Of a stretch of 64,000 nucleotides of DNA, positions 1 through 9,364 are shown piece after piece. Numbering within the stretch: the stretch's first letter is position 1; each line of letters starts with the position of its first letter. This DNA comes from Paludibacteraceae bacterium. GTDB taxonomy: Bacteria > Bacteroidota > Bacteroidia > Bacteroidales > Paludibacteraceae. The notes under the pieces are model-generated. The model did not search any database, was not told the DNA's origin, and was given only the letters and a program-made list of their open reading frames with translations. Made by a program: the position numbers and the translations under genes. The stretch is taken from the NCBI GenBank assembly GCA_045612045.1, contig JAZKYJ010000022.1, forward strand, positions 3,284 to 67,283, given 5' to 3'.

Positions 1-686
1 GGCAACCACTCTTCGCCACGGATGACATGGCTGATCTCCATCAAGTGGTCGTCCACGATGTTAGCCAGGTGGTAGGTAGGTAGATCGTCCGCAGATTTGT
101 AGAGTACCTTGTCATCGAGGATATTGGAGTTGATCACTACTTCGCCGCGGATGAGGTCATGCACGTGTACATCAATGTTTGGCTCCACCTTGAAGCGAAC
201 GACATATTTCTCGCCATTAGCAATACGTGCCTCTACTTCCTCCTTAGTAAGTGTGAGGGAGTTAACCATTTGCTCGCGTGTGCGGGCATCGTATTGGAAG
301 TTAGCAATCTCCGCACGCTTAGCCTCCAACTGCTCAGGAGTATCGAAGGCGATATAGGCATTGCCTGAGGCAAGGAGCTGATCTACATACTTGTGGTAGA
401 TCTCGCGGCGCTCGCTTTGACGGTATGGACCATGATCGCCTTTACCGTTAGGAGCATCTTGGCAGATACCCTCATCAATCTCGATGCCAAGCCATGCTAG
501 GGACTCAGTGATATATTCTTCGGCCCCAGGTACGAAGCGTGTGGAGTCGGTATCTTCAATACGAAGCAACATGTCGCCACCATGCTGGCGAGCAAACAAA
601 TAGTTAAACAAGGCAGTACGAACACCACCGATGTGCAACGCGCCAGTTGGACTAGGCGCAAAACGAACACGAACTTTTCTTTCCAT
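1..686 (-). CDS. gltX: glutamate--tRNA ligase, N-terminal part (gene continues beyond position 1)
   Basis: Own translation of the minus strand from ATG at 686-684: [45 protein letters not shown], with a class I aaRS HIGH-type motif (HIGG). The frame is open to the window edge. It is absent from the ORF track because it is truncated. Confidence 0.85.
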   Translation of the reverse strand, partial: MERKVRVRFAPSPTGALHIGGVRTALFNYLFARQHGGDMLLRIEDTDSTRFVPGAEEYITESLAWLGIEIDEGICQDAPNGKGDHGPYRQSERREIYHKYVDQLLASGNAYIAFDTPEQLEAKRAEIANFQYDARTREQMVNSLTLTKEEVEARIANGEKYVVRFKVEPNIDVHVHDLIRGEVVINSNILDDKVLYKSADDLPTYHLANIVDDHLMEISHVIRGEEWL

Positions 687-707
687 ATAGATAGTTAATA
701 AATTAGC

Positions 708-1613
708 TTACTTTAAAATTTTATCATATTGTGTCTGACGAGTAGGATCCACATCCATGAGAATATCGTAGACATGTTTTTTCTCTTCGCTAGTGCCGCC
801 CGAAAAAATATTCACTAACTCATCATTCTTTGCGTCTAAGAAGGCACCCACCACATAGGTGGCAGGACGAGCACTATATGCCTCCTTCAGCACACCAATC
901 TCTTTGGCAATACGCGCACGACCATTCGCTACATTGCTAACCATCGCGTCCAAACCATGACGATGATAGTCATAGTAGAAAACACGATACTTCTTAAATG
1001 CTTCATCCATGATATTGCTAATCAGGGCATATCGATTGCGATTGCTCTCAAACGCCTTCCATCCAGCCGCCTCTGCCTGATCTAACGACGCAGATTGAGC
1101 AGCATTGACAATATCCTCGCATGCTTGGAAGAATGGTGTGCCACCTAGCTTAGAAAACGAATCCATATCATGACCAATAATCAGATAGCAATAATATGCT
1201 AACAATGCGGTAAGGTTGGTCGTGAAAGTGCTCTGTTGATACTCTAGACGATCATACTCCTCGTAGGTGAAGATAAAATAGTTGTCCTTGATATTGAGCA
1301 AAGGACTGGAGTAACTAGTGCCAAACACAGGTCTACGACTCTGGCATGTGAATTCGCAGTTATATACATTGTCTTGGACACTCTTTACAACGAGCAACAT
1401 ACTGCACTCAATACGCTCTTTCTCTTGGAAAGTCATATTGGTCCAACGCAATGTATTCACATACTCCTCAATGCTTTGTTTGAGGGTATTGAAAACCTCT
1501 TTGTTGGTTCCCGCAATCTGATCGGAATTGATGGTTACGTTGCATTTTAGTTCTTGGCTATATGCAGAGATTGTACTTAGAGCCAATAGCAGCGCGAAAG
1601 TAATTTTTTTCAT
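708..1613 (-). CDS. DUF4835-family protein (PorD-like T9SS-associated protein)
   Basis: 301-aa ORF with signal peptide MKKITFALLLALSTISAYSQ. The N-terminal pattern LKCNVTINSDQI..NKEVF...WTN.TFQ.KERIEC matches my recollection of the Bacteroidota DUF4835 family. ATGA overlap with the upstream gene (1610-1613). Confidence 0.6.
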   Translation of the reverse strand: MKKITFALLLALSTISAYSQELKCNVTINSDQIAGTNKEVFNTLKQSIEEYVNTLRWTNMTFQEKERIECSMLLVVKSVQDNVYNCEFTCQSRRPVFGTSYSSPLLNIKDNYFIFTYEEYDRLEYQQSTFTTNLTALLAYYCYLIIGHDMDSFSKLGGTPFFQACEDIVNAAQSASLDQAEAAGWKAFESNRNRYALISNIMDEAFKKYRVFYYDYHRHGLDAMVSNVANGRARIAKEIGVLKEAYSARPATYVVGAFLDAKNDELVNIFSGGTSEEKKHVYDILMDVDPTRQTQYDKILK

Positions 1614-2656
1614 TGTTGAATGGATGAGATATTACCCGTATTTGGGTTGAAATAGATGGTAGATTTGTTTTTGCCAGTAAAGTAGTCTTGCGCCAACGGA
1701 ACAGCTACTCCCCACTGTGCAATAGGCAATATGCTTTTCAACGATTGGTTTTGGAAACTAATAGTCACATCTGCTTGGCCTGGCAGGTTATAGTATACGT
1801 GCGAAGGTATAGCGCCCTTGCTGTCCAGCAAGACAGCCTCACCTATGCTTTGCTTGTGAGCCTGAATAGAAATATAAATAGGTTCACCGCTAAGATCGTC
1901 TTTGTGCACGACACCAGCGTGTTTGGAGAATCGACATAACACCTCATTCTCCACCGCATCTATGGGTGTGTAATGAACCTGATACTGGTGCTGTGTGTGA
2001 CGAATGCTGCCTACAAATAGTTCGGTTAGTGCTTTTTCTTGTTCGTCCAATTGTTGGAGCACCAGTTGCATAGCCGTTCCATCAGCAGGTGTTTGCTCTA
2101 CTTCACTAGCCAATAAATTTAGACGAGCCTCTCTAAGGCGATAGATAATCTTAGCTGCGCCTTCTGCCATTTTTGCAACACTACCCGCCATAAACTGTTC
2201 CTCTAACAAAGGCATTAATGATGCAGGAACAGCATTGTTAGATCCAAATTCAGTAGAAACGGATTTTCTGTCAGACATTTCCATCTTACCGATATTGTAT
2301 CCAAGCAGTCTGCCATCTTCCGTCAGTGTGAGCAACTGCGCATTAACTCCCTTTTGTGCTACCACTTTGTATGCTCGCGTAGTATCAGCAGTTGTATAAC
2401 TGTCAACAGACATCTTCAGTAATTGGTAGCATGTGCTTTCTTCCGTGACCACATCCGTTGTGCCCAAATAGCGTTGAGCATACTGATAAAATGGACCAGG
2501 AGTAGTTTGTGTACAACTGTAATCAATTTTTACACTCGTGTGAGTCTGTGGCATGTAGTAAACTACTGCCATTTCGTTTTCTTGCACAATCTGTGCAGAT
2601 GCTATTGGTGATGTGATCAGCAATAAGCTTAGAAATAATATGTTTCTTGTTTTCAT
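1610..2656 (-). CDS. secreted hypothetical protein (possibly DUF4831 family)
   Basis: 348-aa ORF with signal peptide ending ASAQ. ATGA overlaps with both neighbours indicate a real, translationally coupled gene. The family assignment is from memory only. Confidence 0.55.
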   Translation of the reverse strand: MKTRNILFLSLLLITSPIASAQIVQENEMAVVYYMPQTHTSVKIDYSCTQTTPGPFYQYAQRYLGTTDVVTEESTCYQLLKMSVDSYTTADTTRAYKVVAQKGVNAQLLTLTEDGRLLGYNIGKMEMSDRKSVSTEFGSNNAVPASLMPLLEEQFMAGSVAKMAEGAAKIIYRLREARLNLLASEVEQTPADGTAMQLVLQQLDEQEKALTELFVGSIRHTQHQYQVHYTPIDAVENEVLCRFSKHAGVVHKDDLSGEPIYISIQAHKQSIGEAVLLDSKGAIPSHVYYNLPGQADVTISFQNQSLKSILPIAQWGVAVPLAQDYFTGKNKSTIYFNPNTGNISSIQQ

Positions 2657-3426
2657 ATGCTTGTTGGGTTATCATTTGGTTGTTGTGTCCATATTTTCCA
2701 TGCTTCATCCGCCTGCCTATGCAACATCTCTAAACCATTCTTGATGCTGCATCCACGTTGTTCTCCCTCTAGTAGAAAAAGCGTCTTCTCGGGATTGTAG
2801 ATGCAATCGTATAACAAATGCTTGCTACAGAGATAATGGTATGGTATGGTCGGTTTCTCTTTCTCGTATGGCTGCATACCAAGCGGTGTACAATTGATAA
2901 TCAAAGTGTGATCAGCCATCGTATTGGCATCTAATAGGTCATATGTGGTCGTACACACTTCAGCATCTATATGCAATTCTGCTTTGGATCTTCTGCTGAC
3001 TAAAGTGTATGGAATCCCTATCTCACGCAACGCATATTGTATAGCTTTGCTTACCCCCCCAGTGCCAAGCAGCAAAGCTCTATGAGAAGTAATAGGAATC
3101 TCCGTAAAAGCCAACCAACTGGTAAGGCTATCTCGAAAGCCAATCCAATCACTATTATATCCCTTTCCATTTGCAACCACATTCACTGCGCCAATCGTTT
3201 TGGCAGTAGGATCTATGTCGTCTAGATACGGTATGATTGCTTCCTTGTAAGGGTAAGTCACATTAAAACCATCTAAATCTTGCAATAACTCTTTGACGGT
3301 TGAAATTGTGTCTATAGGAAATGGACGATAGGTCGCATCAAAAGCTTCACTGGCAAATTTTGCTGTGAAGTACTTTTCGGAGAATGAATGTCCTAAAGGT
3401 TTTCCTATGATACCGTAGTGTTGCAC
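2653..3426 (-). CDS. aroE: shikimate 5-dehydrogenase
   Basis: 257-aa ORF. N-terminus YGIIGKPLGHSFSEKYF and internal LLLGTGGVSKAI (NADP-binding glycine-rich loop) are typical of AroE. The start appears to be GTG. Confidence 0.85.
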   Translation of the reverse strand: MQHYGIIGKPLGHSFSEKYFTAKFASEAFDATYRPFPIDTISTVKELLQDLDGFNVTYPYKEAIIPYLDDIDPTAKTIGAVNVVANGKGYNSDWIGFRDSLTSWLAFTEIPITSHRALLLGTGGVSKAIQYALREIGIPYTLVSRRSKAELHIDAEVCTTTYDLLDANTMADHTLIINCTPLGMQPYEKEKPTIPYHYLCSKHLLYDCIYNPEKTLFLLEGEQRGCSIKNGLEMLHRQADEAWKIWTQQPNDNPTSI

Positions 3427-3462
3427 TATGTGTGGTTTTATATTTTGAGTTTTAATAGTTAT

Positions 3463-4332
3463 TTATAGAGGTGTTATCTCTAGCTTACCTTTCTTGACGA
3501 CAGCTTGGTGTGTTGGCGAAGTGAAGGTCTTGCCCCCCACACCTCGTTGTAGAGCATTATATATCTTGTCGATTTCAGAGAAATTATAATCTTTCAATTG
3601 CTCATACAATTTAGCGATTTCAGCCTCTCTACTATCGCATCCTTCTAGCCAGTCTACATATCCTTGCATACGCTCTGCTGTGGCTGCCATATGTTCGATT
3701 TCAGCCTTGCTATAGGCTTTCAATTGTTCACGAACAGCATTGCGCATGATGGACGTATCAGTATTTGTGGAATCTTCTATCCAATCGATATGACGAATGT
3801 CACGCAAGTAATGTTCGATATAATCGCGAGTTGTACATAGGAGTGGACGAATGATTTTGACCGTTCCACCAAACGGGTTATCACATTTTGCTCGCATACC
3901 GCATAGTCCTCGTATCCCAGTTCCACGCTTGAGATTGAGTAGCAATGTTTCTGCCTGATCATTTTGATGATGTGCTACAGCTATGGCGTTGCAATTGTGT
4001 TGCTGTGCCATTTGTGCAAACCATTGGTAGCGTAATTCTCTAGCAGCCATCTCAATGCTCTGATGTGTAGCTTCAGCATGTGCTATCGTATCAAAATCTT
4101 GAACACACAGAGGTAAATCTGTTGCCATTTGACGAACAAAAAGTTCATCTCTGTCGCTCTCTTCTTTGCGAAGGTGAAAGTTACAATGCGCCACAATGCA
4201 TTCGTACCCGCCACGGCGCAAAACATCTAGTAATGCCACACTATCGGCTCCTCCACTTACACATACTAACACACGTTCGCCAGGTGATAGCAAGTGTTTG
4301 TCTCGGATATATTTTTGCACTCTACGTAGCAT
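3463..4332 (-). CDS. tilS: tRNA(Ile)-lysidine synthase, short form
   Basis: 289-aa ORF with PP-loop motif VCVSGGADSVAL and the HCNFHLR pattern typical of TilS. ATG start at 4332. Confidence 0.8.
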   Translation of the reverse strand: MLRRVQKYIRDKHLLSPGERVLVCVSGGADSVALLDVLRRGGYECIVAHCNFHLRKEESDRDELFVRQMATDLPLCVQDFDTIAHAEATHQSIEMAARELRYQWFAQMAQQHNCNAIAVAHHQNDQAETLLLNLKRGTGIRGLCGMRAKCDNPFGGTVKIIRPLLCTTRDYIEHYLRDIRHIDWIEDSTNTDTSIMRNAVREQLKAYSKAEIEHMAATAERMQGYVDWLEGCDSREAEIAKLYEQLKDYNFSEIDKIYNALQRGVGGKTFTSPTHQAVVKKGKLEITPL

Positions 4333-4335
4333 ATA

Positions 4336-5259
4336 TTAAACTTCTACTATTCCGTTTACAACAGCATATATTGTAAGACCAGCTGTAGAGTGTATGTTTA
4401 GTTTTTTAGCAATATTTTTACGATGTGAAATGACAGTATGTGTTGACAAACACATGGCATCTGCAATCTCTTTATTGCTTTTTCCCTGAGCAACATATTT
4501 GATAACTTCGATTTCGCGATTTGATAAAGCCACATCAGATGTGTCCATCTCAATCGTCTGATTGCTCTTTCTACGTCTATTTTCCTCCTTACGCAAGGCT
4601 GGTAGCATCAGGTTGTCTTCTATCGAACAATGCAATGATAATTCGTTTTCAAAATGTCTTAAATCATGCAATGCAGCATACAGCAAACGCATTTGCTCTT
4701 GCTCCAAAGGATGGTGGAGAGTCATCGAATAGTTGGATGGGTAATATTTGATTATTAGACTCTTTAATTCATGTGCCTTATTGGCTATATGTTCATCATC
4801 CCGTGCATGTTGCTCATACGAGTGTTCGGCCTCATGTTCGATGTGCGATTTGATTTCTTGAACGTATTCGTCAAAAAAACGAATGATCATCAGTGGAACT
4901 TTGCTGCTATTGTTTGCCAGGTTGATAGCTTCTAGTAATTCCTGACGTATACGTGGTAATTGAAAAGTCAGAAAATAGGTATGTGCATTTTCTAGATACC
5001 TATGCAGAGTTGGAATGTCAATATTGATATGCGATGGTAACTCTTTATAAATCGCGTAATTGACAATCGTCAGCACAGTGTTACAATCTACTTGGTGCTC
5101 GTCGCATACGGTTTGTATCGTCTTTTCACCCACACCCAAAGTTATACCAAATCGATTCATCAATTGAAGAATCTGCTCGTCCTGTAATGAACTTCCTATT
5201 TCAGCGGCTCGACGATTACACATCAAGTCGCACATCTTGTCAGTGGCTTTGAATTGCAT
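4336..5259 (-). CDS. LuxR-family HTH transcriptional regulator with an N-terminal ScdA/RIC-like (hemerythrin-like) domain
   Basis: 307-aa ORF. The C-terminus LSNREIEVIKYVAQGKSNKEIADAMCLSTHTVISHRKNIAKKL is a LuxR/GerE HTH. The N-terminus RFGITLGVGEKTIQTVCDEHQVDCNTVLTIVNY plus H/E-rich helices (SHIEHEAEH) resembles the ScdA_N + hemerythrin-like arrangement. Confidence 0.75.
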   Translation of the reverse strand: MQFKATDKMCDLMCNRRAAEIGSSLQDEQILQLMNRFGITLGVGEKTIQTVCDEHQVDCNTVLTIVNYAIYKELPSHINIDIPTLHRYLENAHTYFLTFQLPRIRQELLEAINLANNSSKVPLMIIRFFDEYVQEIKSHIEHEAEHSYEQHARDDEHIANKAHELKSLIIKYYPSNYSMTLHHPLEQEQMRLLYAALHDLRHFENELSLHCSIEDNLMLPALRKEENRRRKSNQTIEMDTSDVALSNREIEVIKYVAQGKSNKEIADAMCLSTHTVISHRKNIAKKLNIHSTAGLTIYAVVNGIVEV

Positions 5260-5322
5260 GTTTGGGTAGTTCGTAACTTAATAATCTGTGGTTTGTTTAT
5301 AATATAAACACACATTGGACTG

Positions 5323-5330
5323 CAAAGTTA
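5323..5330 (-). promoter_or_regulatory. Bacteroidota -7 promoter box (TAACTTTG on minus strand) for the LuxR-type gene
   Basis: Plus strand reads caaagtta. It lies 64 nt upstream of the ATG at 5259 and is preceded on the sense strand by an A-tract and a TTTG-containing stretch. Confidence 0.45.
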
Positions 5331-5470
5331 CTACTTTTTTCTGACATATGCAAATACATCAAATATTTTCAGAAAATATTAATAGAAATCTAATATAGTT
5401 TGAAAGGAAAGTTTTCACTCTATCTTGTAAAAATAATCCAATATACACTTAGTATACTGGATTATTACTG

Positions 5471-5557
5471 CGGAAAGTGGGGGATTCGAACCCTCGATAC
5501 GCTTGCGCGTATACCGCATTTCGAGTGCGGCTCTTTCGACCACTCAGACAACTTTCC
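5471..5557 (-). tRNA. tRNA-Ser (anticodon CGA)
   Basis: Hand-folded 87-nt cloverleaf: acceptor GGAAAGT/ACTTTCC, anticodon stem CCGCA/TGCGG with loop CTCGAAA, long variable arm (ATACGC-GCAA-GCGTAT, class II tRNA) and T-loop TTCGAAT. There is one A.C mismatch in the T stem. Confidence 0.85.
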
Positions 5558-5618
5558 TAAATACTTACAAAAGTTTCGTTATAAAAAGCGAATCATTGAA
5601 AGATCAAAATTTCGACTG

Positions 5619-5626
5619 CAAAGGTA
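5619..5626 (-). promoter_or_regulatory. -7 promoter box (TACCTTTG on minus strand) upstream of tRNA-Ser
   Basis: Plus strand reads caaaggta inside the block cgactgcaaaggtacaac, about 62 nt upstream of the tRNA 5' end. Confidence 0.4.
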
Positions 5627-5666
5627 CAACAAAAATTGCACATACGCAAAATTTTCGCACAAAATT

Positions 5667-8600
5667 TTATTCTTTGATCTTATTTAGAAGATTTAAAGCA
5701 CCTGCAATTGTCTTAACCTGCCTAATAATTGCAAATATTCGTCCAGTTTTTACTCCATTTTTATCTTTTTCTTCTATAAGTTTACACCGCTCTGGACGTG
5801 AATATATGTAAGAAAGTATTTTGGTAAAAATTTCTGAATGCCAGTACAATTTATTATGACGTGTAAAATATAATGTCAAGTTTTCTTGTTTTAATAGTAC
5901 TTTTTCGATTCCCATCTCACAACATAACCAACGTAAACGAACCACATTAAGTAGTTGTTCTGCTTCCTCCGGAAGTGGACCAAAACGATCAATAAGGCGC
6001 TTTTTATACTCTATTAAGGCCTCCTCATTGAGTAGATTGTCTAACTCTCTATATAAAGAAATTCTTTCCGAAATATTTTCGATAAAAGTAGTAGGAAAAC
6101 AAAGCGACAAATCACTATCTAACTGACTATCCGTACACCAGAGTTTATTGGTTCGTTCAGGCAATGTTGGATAAAATGCACTAGTAGAGGCATCAGTGGT
6201 TTGTAATTCTTCTTTTATTTCCTCCATTGCTTCTGTTAAAATACGCTGATAAGTGTCATATCCTAAATCAGCTATAAATCCACTCTGCTCGGCACCAAGC
6301 ATATTTCCTGCTCCACGTATATCAAGATCTTGCATAGCCAATTGAAAACCAGCCCCTAACTCAGCGAAAGTAGTCAATGCCTGCAAGCGACGACGGGCAT
6401 CAGATGTTAACAAATCAGTATCAGGTGTTACAAGATAACAATATGCTTTTCGATTAGATCGCCCAACACGACCACGTAATTGGTGCAAATCCGATAGACC
6501 ATAGTTTTGCGCTGCATGAATGATAATCGTATTCACATTGCTAATATCCACACCCGACTCAATAATAGTAGTAGAGATAAGGATATCAAAATCATAGTTG
6601 ATAAATGCCTCTAGTGCCTCTTCCATCTCGCCGGGTGGCATTTGTCCATGAGCAATAACTGTTCTTGCCTCAGGACATAGACGATGAATACGACTCTCAA
6701 TACGTGGCAACATCTCAATGCGATTACATACCACATATATTTGTCCGTTGCGCTGCATCTCCAACTGAATAGCCTCCTTCATGATATCCTCATCATCCAA
6801 AGTAATCATCTCAGTCTGCACGGGATATCGGTTAGGTGGAGGCGTATTAATGATGCTCAAATCACGTGCACCTAGCAGCGAGAACTGCAAGGTACGAGGA
6901 ATAGGAGTTGCAGTCAGAGTCAGCACATCCACGTTGGTACGTAGTGCTTTTAGTTTCTCCTTGACGGTTACACCAAATTTCTGCTCCTCATCTATAATAA
7001 GCAATCCAAGATCTTTCCAAATCACTTGTTTACCCACTAACTTGTGTGTACCAATGAGGATATCAATCTTGCCTTCTTTGAGGTCATCTAGCAATTGTTT
7101 AAGTGCCTTACCCGTTTTTCCACGGCTAATATACTCCACACGGACGGGAAAGTTGCGGAACCGCTCTTTAAAAGTATTGTAGTGTTGCAAAGCGAGTACG
7201 GTAGTTGGCACCAATACTGCAACTTGCTTGCCATCTGTAGCGGCTTTGAAAGCAGCACGCATGGCCACTTCAGTCTTACCAAAGCCCACATCGCCACAGA
7301 CAAGTCGGTCCATTGGCATGGCGCTCTCCATATCGTGCTTAATGTCCAATGTCGCCTTTGCTTGATCAGGCGTATCTTCATAAAGGAAAGAAGCCTCTAG
7401 TTCATGCTGCATATAACCATCGGGGGTATAAGCGAAACCTTTTTGTTGCTTGCGCGCAGCATAAAGTCGAATCAAGTCTCGGGCAATATCCTTTACCTTG
7501 TCTTTCGTACGCTCCTTCATTCGCTCCCAAGCGCCTGATCCTAAGCGAGAAATAGTTGGTTCGCTACCTTCGCGTCCTTTATATTTGGATATGCGATGCA
7601 AATTATGGATACTCACAAACAACGTATCACCACCTTTATAGACAAGTTTGATTGTTTCTTGCGGATGACCGTTGAAGTTTGTTGTTACCAATCCCGCAAA
7701 CTGTCCTATACCGTGATCCACATGTACCACATAATCCCCCACTTGTAGTTGGTTGATTTCTTTGAGTGTGATGATGGCTTTGCCACGGCGTGCATTCTCC
7801 GAACGTAAGGTTACACGGTGGTAACGCTCAAAAATCTGGTGGTCGGTATAACAACAAATCTTTGCAGTACGGTCAATAAATCCCCCGTGCAATGTATGGT
7901 CAATAGGTATAAATTGGATACCTGATTCTTTGTCATCAAAGATGGCTTTTAGGCGGTCAGTCTGCTTAACTTGATCCGCCAAGATATAAATCTTATAGTC
8001 CTCACTTATGCGTTGCTTGAGGTCGTCAATAAGTAGATCGAAATTCTTGTTGAAAGTGGGTTGGGGTAGGGTATCAAATGATAGTGTTTCGTAGTTATTG
8101 AAGGTGGAACGATGATTCAATTCCAGAGTACTTGATTGCCCAATATTATTAATTATTGTCTCTACTCCTATGTACGTGATGGTGCTAGTCATTTTAAACT
8201 TCATCAGCCCAAAATCATTGCACACCCATAGTGTTTCAGCTGGCAGATAAGCCAAAATAGTTGTCGCATCATTCTCTTCAGATTGGTTTCCGACGATATC
8301 AACGCTATCTACTTTATTTTTAGACAGTTGTGTTTCCAACTCAAACTCACGAATACTATCTATTTCATTACCGAAGAAGTCTATTCGCATGGGTATATCA
8401 TGTGCAAAGCTATATACATCTACGATTCCACCTCTAACAGCAAATTGTCCTGGTTCATATACGAAATCTACTCGCTTGAAATCTAGGTTGATCAGCATTT
8501 CTATGAGCATAGAGATAGATATTTCTTCTCCCACATAGAGCGAAATTTTGTTCTTCTCCATTGCTTGTGGATTAGGGACTGATTCCGCCAATGATTCTGG

Positions 8601-9005
8601 TGTAGCGATGATAATAGGCCATAATCTCTTGCCACCATTTTTTTTACTCTTGGTTCCTAACAGTGCCGTCAGTACTTCGGTTCGTTGTACTGTCAATGCT
8701 TCATCTGTTTTCTGCCTTCTACGATGGGAACAAGGAAAGAAATAGACCTCTCTCTCATCAATAAGTGTCTTGATGTCAGCATACATATATTGTGCGGCAT
8801 CGTTGTCGTCTAGGACTATCACCATGGGCTGTTCCAAATCTTTATTTGCCAATTGGCGATGCAGGGCAGTTAGGATAATAGCCTGTGCTGATGCATGCAA
8901 ATTGCTGAGCAAAAAGTGCTTATTACGCTTTTTGTTCAACTCACTAGCCAGCACTTCTATTTCAGGATGCATGGCTAAGATTTCTGCTAGTTCATTTATT
9001 CGCAT
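5667..9005 (-). CDS. mfd: transcription-repair coupling factor
   Basis: More than 1100-aa ORF. It has the helicase Walker A GDVGFGKTEVA, a DEEQKFG box and a CarD-like region (GDYVVHVDHGIGQF). The track start at 9017 is TTG and lies inside the promoter box, so ATG at 9005 is more likely. Confidence 0.9.
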   Translation of the reverse strand: MRINELAEILAMHPEIEVLASELNKKRNKHFLLSNLHASAQAIILTALHRQLANKDLEQPMVIVLDDNDAAQYMYADIKTLIDEREVYFFPCSHRRRQKTDEALTVQRTEVLTALLGTKSKKNGGKRLWPIIIATPESLAESVPNPQAMEKNKISLYVGEEISISMLIEMLINLDFKRVDFVYEPGQFAVRGGIVDVYSFAHDIPMRIDFFGNEIDSIREFELETQLSKNKVDSVDIVGNQSEENDATTILAYLPAETLWVCNDFGLMKFKMTSTITYIGVETIINNIGQSSTLELNHRSTFNNYETLSFDTLPQPTFNKNFDLLIDDLKQRISEDYKIYILADQVKQTDRLKAIFDDKESGIQFIPIDHTLHGGFIDRTAKICCYTDHQIFERYHRVTLRSENARRGKAIITLKEINQLQVGDYVVHVDHGIGQFAGLVTTNFNGHPQETIKLVYKGGDTLFVSIHNLHRISKYKGREGSEPTISRLGSGAWERMKERTKDKVKDIARDLIRLYAARKQQKGFAYTPDGYMQHELEASFLYEDTPDQAKATLDIKHDMESAMPMDRLVCGDVGFGKTEVAMRAAFKAATDGKQVAVLVPTTVLALQHYNTFKERFRNFPVRVEYISRGKTGKALKQLLDDLKEGKIDILIGTHKLVGKQVIWKDLGLLIIDEEQKFGVTVKEKLKALRTNVDVLTLTATPIPRTLQFSLLGARDLSIINTPPPNRYPVQTEMITLDDEDIMKEAIQLEMQRNGQIYVVCNRIEMLPRIESRIHRLCPEARTVIAHGQMPPGEMEEALEAFINYDFDILISTTIIESGVDISNVNTIIIHAAQNYGLSDLHQLRGRVGRSNRKAYCYLVTPDTDLLTSDARRRLQALTTFAELGAGFQLAMQDLDIRGAGNMLGAEQSGFIADLGYDTYQRILTEAMEEIKEELQTTDASTSAFYPTLPERTNKLWCTDSQLDSDLSLCFPTTFIENISERISLYRELDNLLNEEALIEYKKRLIDRFGPLPEEAEQLLNVVRLRWLCCEMGIEKVLLKQENLTLYFTRHNKLYWHSEIFTKILSYIYSRPERCKLIEEKDKNGVKTGRIFAIIRQVKTIAGALNLLNKIKE

Positions 9006-9014
9006 AATTCGGTG

Positions 9015-9022
9015 CAAAGTTA
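9015..9022 (-). promoter_or_regulatory. -7 promoter box (TAACTTTG on minus strand) for mfd
   Basis: Plus strand reads caaagtta, only 9 nt before the ATG at 9005. Confidence 0.4.
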
Positions 9023-9109
9023 CTACAAAATCTGCAGATTTGCAAGTACTTTGTTTAAAAAAATGACCAATAGGATAAACTGCTAATTGCGCGAAGTTTG
9101 GAAGCGATA

Positions 9110-9205
9110 GGGTGAAACAAGGTGAAACAGGATGAAATAATCCAATAAATTACTGATAATAAATAACTTATGTAATTTACCTCATCCAGTTTCACCATTT
9201 CACCC
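9110..9205. repeat. Imperfect inverted repeat built from four GGTGAAAC motifs
   Basis: Left arm gggtgaaacaaggtgaaacaggatga (9110-9135) pairs with right arm tcatccagtttcaccatttcaccc (9182-9205). That gives 8+8+6 paired bases with small bulges and an AT-rich spacer of about 45 nt. Confidence 0.7.
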
Positions 9206-9310
9206 CTACAGAAAAGTATGGATAGCTTATCCCTTTTATTAACTAGATACATTGTGAGATAAAGTTAAGTATCTATGTATTTAACTTATAAAGTGATCTA
9301 GCACTACAAA

Positions 9311-9347
9311 TAAAAGACCATAACTTATTTGAGTTACGGTCTTTTTG
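9311..9347 (-). terminator. Rho-independent terminator downstream of lon
   Basis: Stem agaccataac (9315-9324) / gttacggtct (9333-9342). The single mismatch becomes a G.U pair on the minus-strand RNA. A/T runs flank both sides, and it lies 20-50 nt after the lon stop. Confidence 0.7.
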
Positions 9348-9364
9348 ATATCTATTTTTTGGAG

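Noticed and set aside
3463-4332. TilS is only 289 aa and might be a truncated pseudogene.
   Set aside because: The ORF is intact with a PP-loop. The next gene starts 36 bp downstream with no leftover frame. Short TilS forms lacking the extra C-terminal domain are known, for example the Aquifex type.
5400-5811. Two plus-strand ORFs (95 and 102 aa) spanning the tRNA-Ser region.
   Set aside because: They overlap the tRNA gene, its promoter and the 3' end of mfd, and have no protein-like features.
9055-9252. A 65-aa minus-strand ORF in the lon-mfd gap.
   Set aside because: It is translated straight through the GGTGAAAC palindrome, with no promoter box or family resemblance. The inverted-repeat structure explains the sequence better.
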